The notes beneath the pieces are model-generated. The model was not told the origin of the DNA, did no database searches, and was given only the letters and a program-made list of their open reading frames with translations. DNA of 63,516 bases, counting the filler. It is 7 parts of 7 records of this genome, joined end to end, with 100 filler letters (N's around TTAATTAATTAA, not from the genome) between each part and the next. Parts side by side here need not be neighbours in the genome. Positions count along the whole stretch, not along the records: positions 27,514 to 34,998 come from DRR723986_9470; positions 35,099 to 45,708 come from DRR723986_9473; 5 more parts are not named here. The stretch is one strand, 5' to 3'. The position numbers and the translations under genes are program-made. The first letter of the stretch is position 1. Every line of letters starts with the position of its first letter. Of the stretch, positions 30,501 to 38,900 are shown piece by piece.

Positions 30501-32709
30501 GCTGGCCTCCCGGTCTGGCAAGACGGACGCGGCGGGCGAACGCTTTATCGCGACGTTGCGTGCGCGGGGTACGCAGGTGGACGTTGCCGCACTGGACATT
30601 ACCGACACGTCGGCGGTTTCCGATTTCGTTCGGTCTAGTCTGAACAGCGATACACCGCTGAAAGGCGTTGTCCACGGGGCGGCGGTTATCAAGGACGGGT
30701 TTGCCAACCAGTTGACGGATGACATGATCACCGAGGTTCTGGCCCCCAAGGTCCGGGGCGGCTGGAATCTGCATCGGGCCTTTGCCGAGGCCGGGGTCGA
30801 GCCGGAATTCCTGATCGGCTTTTCGTCGATTTCCCAGGTCATCGGCTCTGCCGGGCAGTGCAACTACGTGGCGGCCAATGCCTTCCTCGATGCATTGGCC
30901 CACTACAGGACAGCGCTTGGTCGGCCCGGAACCGCCATTGACTGGGGGGCGATTGCGGATGCCGGTTTCGTGGCAAGAAACGCGGCCCTTGCATCCTATC
31001 TTGAAACCCTGGGCCTGCATGGCCTGAAGGCCAAGGATTTCCCCGCCGCCATGGACCTCAGCGTCACGAGGGAAGCCCCGTCCTTCGTCTATTCCCGCGC
31101 CGATTGGGCCCAGATCATGCGGGCCAATCCGGCACTTGGGTCCAGTCCCCGCATGGCAAGTGCGCTGCTGTCGGAGGGCGGTGCCGCGCAGGAAGTTCGG
31201 ACAACCCTGATGCAGCTGGACGGCGAGGCTCTGGTTGCTGCCGCCCGCGACTACATCATGGACGAGATTTCCAGCGTACTGAAAATCGACAAATCGACGA
31301 TCCAGTCCGATCGCCCGATGAGCGAGCTTGGACTGGACAGCCTGTCGTCCTTCGAGTTGAAAATCCGTATCGAGACGGCACTGGACTTTTCGCTGCCGGT
31401 CTCGAAGTTTCTGCAAGCTCCCTCGGTCGACGAATTGTCGAAGATGCTGGGAGGTGAGATCGAGGCCATCAAGCGCAGCGAAGCGGCAGCACGCGATGCG
31501 GATGAAACCGCGGACGAACAGGGGGCTGTCAAGACAGCGAACACCGGGGCTCTGGCCAGCAACGGACAGCTTGGCCTTCTGCAACTGGCGCGCGCCCCGA
31601 TGACCTCTGACGCCGCGCGCCGTGCCATGGAACACGTGGTCGAAGCCCCGCTGGCGGATGAGTGCTCGATCAAGGATCTGGAAAAGGCGCTTCGGAAACT
31701 CGAACGGCGTCATCCCTTGTTGCGCATTCGGTTCGACACCGATGGCCAGCTGCATCTCGATGGTCAGGCGACACGGATCGTGGAAACCCGCGATGACAGC
31801 CTGCTGGATGTGGCGTCGGGGGAGTTTCTGCGCCTTGCGGTGGCCGATCAACGGCTGCGTGTAAGGATGCACGCGGTTATGGGCGACGAGACATCCGGCG
31901 AGCTTATCCTGACCGAGTTGCTTGGATTGCTGAGCGGTAAGAAACTCGTCCGGGCCATGCCCAAGAAGGCCGTTCTGGCTGCGCTTTCCGCCTGCCGATA
32001 TGATGCGGAACGGGCGGATGCGCAGACGGATCGGGCGTTCTGGTGGTACAGCCTGTCTGCCGGGGCCTCGGTGTTGCCGTTCCCGCGGCGCAGTCGTGCG
32101 CTGCTTCCTGTAGGGGCCGGATCGAACCACGGGCCCGCATCCCACGTCAGCGGCCGGATCGAGGGTCAACATGGAGAGGCCGCGCTGCTGCTTGCCTTCG
32201 CCACGGCCCTGCGGAAGGTGACGCAAAGCAGTGGACCGGTGCTGATCGACCGCAGGCAATCCCTGCGCGGGGGTTTGCCGGATCATGCAGCGGTTGGCCC
32301 GTTCGAAATCGACCAGCCCGTTCGCGTGCCCGCAGACAGCAGCGATCGGATCGGGCGGGCAGGGTTGAACCGGACGCTGCGCCTGGCCCACAGACATAGG
32401 GCCTTCGAGAGCCACGCCGCCGCCGCAGAGTTTGCCCCGATCTACGCAGAGTGGGGACTGGCCCCGTTCCAGGCATTGTTTGAACTGTCGGGCTCCTGGT
32501 CCACCGTTCCCCCCGCATGTCTTCTGCACGATGTTTGGTTGCAGGTGGAACAGGACGGCAGCACGCCCCGGATCCGCCTGAACTTCGATCAGGACGTCAT
32601 GGACAAGCATTTCGCCCTGGATATCCTGAATGCTGTCGAGGCTGAATTGGCAAAGGACCGCGCCGCCACTTCGGACGCGGTCAAAGCACCGTTGCCAGAG
32701 GCGAACTGA
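27514..32709 (+). CDS. Type I highly reducing PKS, 5'-truncated: (end of AT)-DH-ER-KR-ACP-degenerate condensation-like domain
   Basis: DH: HPFLG, LKDHRLQSDVIFPAAGY, HPTMLDGCLQ. ER: GLNFRD, IHVATGGVG. KR: YLITGGTAGFS, HGAAVIKD, GSAGQCNYVAAN. ACP: LGLDSL. C-like tail: RRHPLLRIRF, HAVMGDE, VGPFEIDQPVRV. Confidence 0.92.
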   Translation, partial: PAATLAGPTRSTALEAGASVSVLNSLSRKAPDFETMAQSAAALFVQGIDLDWPAITGQPTCHVELPANAWQSEPFWQGSEESDAVLFKPVKHPFLGQRARGNSTSWMSELNLRAYAYLKDHRLQSDVIFPAAGYIDTIIAMCREQFGADKTIEIEDAVIHEALFIDPEEEILFSSIFDPDRGRVKMYSRVRDANDDWVLRSEARARVTDVKAPPARPFDPDRKGMTEIDTAYAYSVDETNSFINYGDAFQTIDQLWMTSSKTFARVVLKDGGKSTRSRHHIHPTMLDGCLQILEPRMTLKKMRRGRQPGDPVCLPIGVGRIRVFGDFPDEIFVEADQIKQINDLEPTAGFTVRDCDGRVLMSVERLKVSLLPNNKAESAGDEVPAHFVRQDLVTLREEEAGADPVTGRWLLLEGGSQSDADLAGALSASGAEVSRVTRSDLGEDIRGGLIDLAADAIETGDLAGIAVAWPLALADVSEDSSTDDLFGAIDRCTKDLIALGDLLDFARSGENGLPEIVVLTSGAYPASGSDGQDGRILTQMPVVAVARGLATETPEYRIRLLDADAPALSDPSALAARILRPGPETEVILRDGACLVPRLRHAESDDFDWKLLSVPKTDKLTNFHATMKSPGVIDHVGLTEIPLQPMGPDEVRVRISAVGLNFRDIMAVTGLLPTEAEPKPAWENLGLEYGGVVEAIGENVAGFKPGDRVMGLGKRCLQRFMTVNPNVLTLLPDHISLAQAATIPSAFATAHYALNHVGRMRAGEKVFIHVATGGVGTAAVQLAQAAGAEIFATAGNPEKRRLLKDLGVPHVMDSRSLKFADDVMRITKGTGVDILLNSLPGAYIAKGLDIMAPYGRYLEIGKRDVYEDAAIGMKALRRNVSLSVLDLAAMGEERPELLAEMFQELIGMLDSQALSPLPYTEFPISQIGDAIRYMSQAKHVGKVVVTLEEDAFHVRRDMNRPVSLSENGSYLITGGTAGFSLKIADWLSKAGAGRIVLASRSGKTDAAGERFIATLRARGTQVDVAALDITDTSAVSDFVRSSLNSDTPLKGVVHGAAVIKDGFANQLTDDMITEVLAPKVRGGWNLHRAFAEAGVEPEFLIGFSSISQVIGSAGQCNYVAANAFLDALAHYRTALGRPGTAIDWGAIADAGFVARNAALASYLETLGLHGLKAKDFPAAMDLSVTREAPSFVYSRADWAQIMRANPALGSSPRMASALLSEGGAAQEVRTTLMQLDGEALVAAARDYIMDEISSVLKIDKSTIQSDRPMSELGLDSLSSFELKIRIETALDFSLPVSKFLQAPSVDELSKMLGGEIEAIKRSEAAARDADETADEQGAVKTANTGALASNGQLGLLQLARAPMTSDAARRAMEHVVEAPLADECSIKDLEKALRKLERRHPLLRIRFDTDGQLHLDGQATRIVETRDDSLLDVASGEFLRLAVADQRLRVRMHAVMGDETSGELILTELLGLLSGKKLVRAMPKKAVLAALSACRYDAERADAQTDRAFWWYSLSAGASVLPFPRRSRALLPVGAGSNHGPASHVSGRIEGQHGEAALLLAFATALRKVTQSSGPVLIDRRQSLRGGLPDHAAVGPFEIDQPVRVPADSSDRIGRAGLNRTLRLAHRHRAFESHAAAAEFAPIYAEWGLAPFQALFELSGSWSTVPPACLLHDVWLQVEQDGSTPRIRLNFDQDVMDKHFALDILNAVEAELAKDRAATSDAVKAPLPEAN

Positions 32710-32712
32710 CCT

Positions 32713-34074
32713 ATGTCGGCTGGTTCGCAACAGCTACAGATCCACCGGGCAGATTTGCGGCAGGTCTTTCTGCTGGAGCAGTATCTGGATCCGGACTGTC
32801 TTCATGACCTGAGGCAGTTCTGGATCGTGAACAGTGCGACGCTGGTTCGCCCCAGGGTGGATCTGCGCCGCCTGAAACGGGCGATGGACAAGCTGTGTGT
32901 GCGGCATGACTGCCTTCGGTTGCGGCTGCAAAAGATCCGCGGCAACTGGATGGCGGTCACTGATCCGAACGCGCGCATCGAGATCCAGCAGGTGGATCTG
33001 GGCGATCTGGACGATGAAAGCTTTCAGACCCGGATCAAGGAGATCGCCAATGCGCCGATGCCTTTGGTGGACTCTCCTCTGGCCGAGATGATCGTGGTGC
33101 ATTGCGGTGAACGGGGCGATGTCATCGTGACCCGCGTTCACCACGCAATCACAGACGGCTATGGTATGGTGGTCCTGACCGAGGATCTGCTGAAATACCT
33201 GATCGGTCTGCCGATCCTGTCACGCGCCGTCAGCCATGCGGAATTCGTTCAGAAGTATGAAAACCCACCCCCGTCCCGCGCCAAGGAGATCGAGGCTTTC
33301 TGGGAAGACATGCTGCGCCGTTTTCCGAAAGCTCCGAACATCGGGCGAAGGGCGAAAGGGATGGAACCTCTCTGGCGCTCTATCGGAAAGGTCGAAGCCG
33401 CCAGGCTGATCGTCAAGACCACACCCCAAAGCGCCGAGCGGCCGGTTGCCCGGGCCGAGAAGATGAATATCGGGGCGGCAACCTTGTTCTTCGCCGCCTA
33501 TATGGAGGCGCTGTGTCAGTGCTATGATCAGGACCGGCTGATTTTCGTCACCCCGATTACGCGCACCAACCCGGCTTTGGCCACCTACATGGGCGATTGC
33601 ACCCTGGATGCAATCTTTCCCTATCAGGCAGCGGGGACGGGCGGCTTGGACGCTGCCGCTCTTGAACTGCACAAGACAATGATGGAGGGCATTGATCATC
33701 TACCCTCCGATTCAGCCCGAAGGGGAACGGCCTGGGAAAACAAGCTGCTCGCGGCAGGGTGTTACCCCCGCCAGTTCTGCGCCTATCAGCCCCGTGCGAT
33801 GGCCCGCCAGAACCAATCCATGTTCAGCGAGGGCTTCAATCGAGAGGTCGGCGTCGAGGAGCGGGTCGGCCCCTACTGGATCTCGACTCTTGATGTGTCG
33901 GTCCACCACCGCACACTGTCAGAGCTTCAGTTCAACCTCGGCCCTGACAACGGCAGAAACGGGTTTGCACTAAGCTACGACGGCATTGCCTATACCCAAC
34001 AGGAGATCTCTCAGTTGGCGGAAAAGATCTGTGCATTGCTCGATCTCGAAATGACCGGGGCGCACATGCCATGA
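32713..34074 (+). CDS. Stand-alone condensation-domain protein (C-domain / Pap-type acyltransferase)
   Basis: RHDCLRLRL and intact HHAITDG active site; FWEDML; 3 nt after the PKS stop; no A or PCP domain. Confidence 0.88.
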   Translation: MSAGSQQLQIHRADLRQVFLLEQYLDPDCLHDLRQFWIVNSATLVRPRVDLRRLKRAMDKLCVRHDCLRLRLQKIRGNWMAVTDPNARIEIQQVDLGDLDDESFQTRIKEIANAPMPLVDSPLAEMIVVHCGERGDVIVTRVHHAITDGYGMVVLTEDLLKYLIGLPILSRAVSHAEFVQKYENPPPSRAKEIEAFWEDMLRRFPKAPNIGRRAKGMEPLWRSIGKVEAARLIVKTTPQSAERPVARAEKMNIGAATLFFAAYMEALCQCYDQDRLIFVTPITRTNPALATYMGDCTLDAIFPYQAAGTGGLDAAALELHKTMMEGIDHLPSDSARRGTAWENKLLAAGCYPRQFCAYQPRAMARQNQSMFSEGFNREVGVEERVGPYWISTLDVSVHHRTLSELQFNLGPDNGRNGFALSYDGIAYTQQEISQLAEKICALLDLEMTGAHMP

Positions 34075-34998
34075 CAGAGTCAGAAAACGCCACCCGACAT
34101 GTCGGACCCCGCGATGTGGGCATCAGCCCATTTGCATTCCGGTTGTGGAACGGAATGGCGCTGGACGCATTTCTGCGACTGATGAAGGGCAACTGGTCGC
34201 GCGTGTCGCCCGGCCGTTACCCCGCCGTTGCGTCTATCCTTGTGACGGCGTCCTTCAACCAATTGCGCAAGTGGATCGGACTTGTGGTGTTCGAACCGAA
34301 GATCCGCCGGATACAGATCGAACCGGACCCGATTTTCGTGATCGGGCACTGGCGCAGTGGCACCACATGGCTGCACCAGACCATGTTGGCCGACCCCGGA
34401 TTTGCCGCGCCGACCATGCAGAGCTGTTTTACCCCGGAATCCTTCCTTGTGGGGCGCAGAGTGCTGGAACCGCTGTTGAGGCTGATCTTCCCGACCAGTC
34501 GGCCTATGGACAATGTCGGCGTCGGGCTGGAAGCACCCGAGGAGGATGAGCACGCCCTTCTTCTGGCCGGTGCCTTCACACCCTACCGCGAGCTTCTGCT
34601 GCCCTGCGACACGGTCGCCGGTTCCATCATCAAGACCGAGGACATGCCACATGAAGAGGCCGAGAACTGGCGGCGAGTCTGGCTAGGATTTCTGCGCCGG
34701 GTGCAGTTTGTGAACCCGGGCAAGTGGCTTGTCCTGAAATCACCGGCCCACACATTGCGAACTGCGGAAATCCTGCGACTGTTTCCAAACGCACGGTTCA
34801 TCCATATCGTCCGCGATCCTTACCGCGTGTTCTCCTCCTCGCGAAAATCCGGCGTTGCGATGCGGGCGTCACAGGCGCTGCAAACCCGGATTCCCGGCCA
34901 GGCGGAACTCGATGCCAAGCTGCTTGAGGGCTTCGAACAGTTCCATGCCACGTATCATGCCGATATGGCGGGAATTCCCGACTCGCAGCTTGTGACCC
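34071..34998 (+). CDS. PAPS-dependent sulfotransferase (partial; resembles mycobacterial Stf3-type)
   Basis: PIFVIGHWRSGTTWLH (5'-PSB), RPMDN, PEEDE, LVLKSPAH, FIHIVRDPY (3'-PB); ATGA overlap with the upstream gene. Confidence 0.9.
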
Positions 34999-35098
34999 NN
35001 NNNNNNNNNNNNNNNNNNNNNNNNNNNNNNNNNNNNNNNNNNTTAATTAATTAANNNNNNNNNNNNNNNNNNNNNNNNNNNNNNNNNNNNNNNNNNNN
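34999..35098. other. Artificial contig spacer
   Basis: N-run with TTAATTAATTAA. Confidence 0.98.
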
Positions 35099-35679
35099 TT
35101 TCGACTTAACATTTTGAATGGCGAGTCGAAGAACTTGTATACTCCATGTCCCACGCGCATCAAGATTTTTATTGATTCCGCGCTATCGCGCAGACTCTGG
35201 CGTAAATCTGGTATTGCGCGAGGTATTTGCCCAAGTTCGTTGTTTTAGTAGAAAATCGGCAATCTTCTTCAGAGCCACTTAATCAAAAAGCAGGCAGACT
35301 GGAATCTCCGCGCACACTTCCAGAAAAACATACACCACTCCAAATTTGAAACGCTACGCCAAAACAAGGCCGCTCCCCACACTACACCATACGACTTGAA
35401 GACACGCAAGTCCGCCAACCGCTCATTTTTAACCAGAATCAAGGTTTCTACTGACTGTTCAGCATGATTGCATTCTTGGGCCAAGCGCATAGACTGTACA
35501 TCCGGCACCAGTTTTGGTGTACTGCCGTAGTATTTTTGTACTTCTGATTAGGCCCAGCCACACAATTAGTTGATTCACATGAAGGTATTTCCGTGAATCT
35601 GGTGTAACCCTGTGCAAGTGAGTTGACCAACTCAGCTGCGTAAATTTGTAACATCTGAAAAGCTCGAGACGGCCATGCT

Positions 35680-35716
35680 CTCGGTATCACGGCGCCGGCA
35701 CACCCGTGATACCGAG
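35680..35716. repeat. 13-bp perfect inverted repeat upstream of the giant gene
   Basis: CTCGGTATCACGG-N11-CCGTGATACCGAG, with imperfect extension on both sides. Confidence 0.7.
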
Positions 35717-35973
35717 CGGGCCGCTCTTTGTCCAAAATTTCGACGCAGCACTCTTTGCGGACACTCAAGCTGCTCAATCCGATTCTAAATATTGTTTAAC
35801 TAAACAACTGCAAAACCATGCGACCACAGGCAAACAACCCAATATTCGCAGTATGGAGGACCTATAAAAAGTGTGTCCGCAGACTGCAACGAGTACAACA
35901 ACAGAACGAGAGTACCTCTCTAGCGGTACAGTCCAACAAGAAATGTTCGATGTTACAACGGCGCATCGAAAAG

Positions 35974-38900
35974 ATGTTAAAATTCTTTAAACGTTGGAAC
36001 CCACAAACAATGCTTGCTGCAGTGGCGTGGTCATGTGCCGTGTTAGGTGGCAATTTGTTAGGCACGCATAATGCCCTCGCCCAGATTCCAACGATCACGG
36101 AGGTTCTGCCCGCTAGCCCTTTGGACCTCAACTCCAATGTGCAGGTCACTTTTTCTACGGCCATGGATACGGGAACATTAACTGTAAACAGAAACCCCAA
36201 CCTTGCAACAGTCAACTTCTATAGCCAGTTGCGTGGTTACCTATCAACAAAAGCAACGGTAACCTATCGCAACGGAAACCGAGAGGTTTGGTTAAATCCT
36301 GATGTTAACTTCCTCCCGGGTGAAGAATTCACCCTGTCCGTTAACGACCCCGAGAGCAGTGGCGGCGTTGCTTTGGCGCGTCCGCAGGTCTTCCAATTCC
36401 GCAGCAAATCCGATGGTGGGACCGCAGTGTTCTCACACGCAACACAACATGCGGCGACCAGCAGCGCCAGCGTAGTTCTGGCTGACTTTGACAATGACGG
36501 CGATATTGATGCATTCTTTGCCAACAGAAATGGCGCTGCCAACTCTATCTGGAAAAATAATGGTCGCGGCAGTTTTAGCCACCAGACTCGTGGGAATGGT
36601 GATTCGCGGGGCGTAGCAGCTGGTGACCTCGACGGCGATGGTGACATGGACGTCGTCGTTGCGAACTATGACGCCGAAACCCAGATTTTTCGCAATTACC
36701 TGGGTAACTTCTCCTTCTACAATATTGCCGGAACCGGCAATAGTACGGACGTTGCAATTGGAGATCTGGACGGCGACGGTGATCTGGACATTTACGAGGC
36801 CAATACAAATGGCCAGGCAGACCGCATTTTGTTTAACAACGGCAATGCCACATTTACAACCAGCACCTTCGGCAATTTTAACTCCGAGTCATTGGCAATT
36901 GGCGACGTTGACGGTGATGGCGCACTGGACGTCCTCGTAGGTGTTAGCGGCGGTAGTAACCGCCTGTTAACCAACGACATCCACAACGGCGGTCTTTTTA
37001 GTGAAAGTACTCTCGGCGGTGAGCCGTATGGGGCGACAATCGCTGATTTCAACAATGATGGCACACCGGAAACATATTTTGCGCCGGCCGGCACAGACAA
37101 TGTCATCGTAGCCGATTTTAACTTCGATCAGAATCTGGATCGCATCTTAGTGGACAGTGATGGCGTCCAGACGCTGCACATGAATGATGGTAGTGGAGTA
37201 TTCACTGCCGGCACGTTTGGTGATGCGACCTCCGGCAGCATAGCCGGTGCCGCAGCCGATCTGGATGCCGATGGAGACCTCGACTTCCTTATGGCAACTG
37301 ACGGCGGCAATCAGAATCAGATATGGTCTAATGCCACAACGCCGGGCCCGCGTATTGTCGAAACAAACCCTTCGACCAATGCCACCGCTTACCCCAATGG
37401 TGGTGACATTACAATTCGATTCAGTGAACGAATCGATGCATCCACGCTAAAAACCGGAGTGTCAGCGGCCAACGTCAACCTGACAATCTGGGGTTCACAA
37501 ACCGGATATGACACTGCCGCCAATATCGCACTGGATGCCAATGGTACCGTAGCGACCATTACGCCAAATCGCCATTTTCTCCCAGGTGAGAAGATTACCA
37601 TTGGAGTAAAAGGTGTGCGCAGTGATGCAACGGGCGGCTACATGCCACATGATATCTCCTGGGAAGTCTGGCGCGAAACAAACTTCGGATCGGGTGCGTG
37701 GCAATCGCAGACCTTTGGGATGTCCGGAAACTACACCGATGTGACCTTGGGCGATCTGGATGGCGACGGCGACCTGGATGCATTGTTTCTGACGGGGCAC
37801 TCACAAATTACCATGTGGAAAAACGATGGTGATGCCAATTTCGCGACCAGTACTTTTGGCCTCGGCAATGTTTCAGGAACAGCCGTCGCTGATCTTGATG
37901 AAGATGGTGATCTGGACATCATCGGGTCGCGTTTTTACGTCCAGAATGTGATTTACTGGAACAATGGAGATGCGACATTCACCGAAGAACTGATCGGCGA
38001 TTATAGCGGCGAAAGCTCTTGTGTTAACGTAGGCGACTTCAACAATGATGGATTGATCGATATAATTGTCGGCGCTGAGAATCTCGACAATGACGAGGTA
38101 TATTGGAATAATGGTGATGGGACGTTTCGTTTAACTCACACCGGGGGCGGTACACGCACAACTGACCTCTATGTTGGAGACCTGGAAAGTGACGGTGATA
38201 TTGATATAGTAACAGCTACACGTCTTATGTGGAATGCCCGATACCGCAACAATGGCAACGAAGGCTTTAGGCGCGAAAACTTTGAACGGTCCGACAATTA
38301 TTCACGCTATTCTCTTATGGGTGACTTCGACGGGGATGGTGTTATCGAGGTATTCACCGGTAATACTTGGGACATGGAGCAGGGTGACTTTAATGCTGAT
38401 GGGTTCATGGATCAGTTTCACGCCGATGGAGCCAGTCGTGTTATAAACTATAACAATGGCGATGGTACATTTAACTCGGTGAACTACTCCTACTATCAGG
38501 CAGATGCACGTGGTGTGGCTATTGGAGATTTGGACGGTGATGGTGACCTGGATGCCCTTACCGCAAACTTCAGAAACTGGATGGGCAATGTAATATTTCT
38601 CCAGTCCGGCACGCCCAAGTTTAAACGTAGTGTGCCTCCTAATGGAGGTTATGGCAAACGCAGCGGAACGGTTGATGTCGTCTTCAGCGACTGGATGAAA
38701 GACATCGGCTTTGATCATCTAAACCAGACATTACACCTGAAGAAATCAATGTCGGCATCTACCGAAGCGACTGTAACGCTTAACGATCTTAATGGCCGTA
38801 TCTTCATTGATCCGGACGAACGCTTCGCAGTCGGTGAGCGCGTCATGGTCACCGTCAAGTCTGGCTCAGAGAGCCTCGACGGCAAAGTCAACGCTACTTC

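Noticed and set aside
28789-32730. 1313-aa antisense ORF over the PKS
   Set aside because: Shadow frame of a GC-rich gene with no recognisable motifs. The same applies to the antisense ORFs over glmS, mfd, pdhA and the PLP enzyme.
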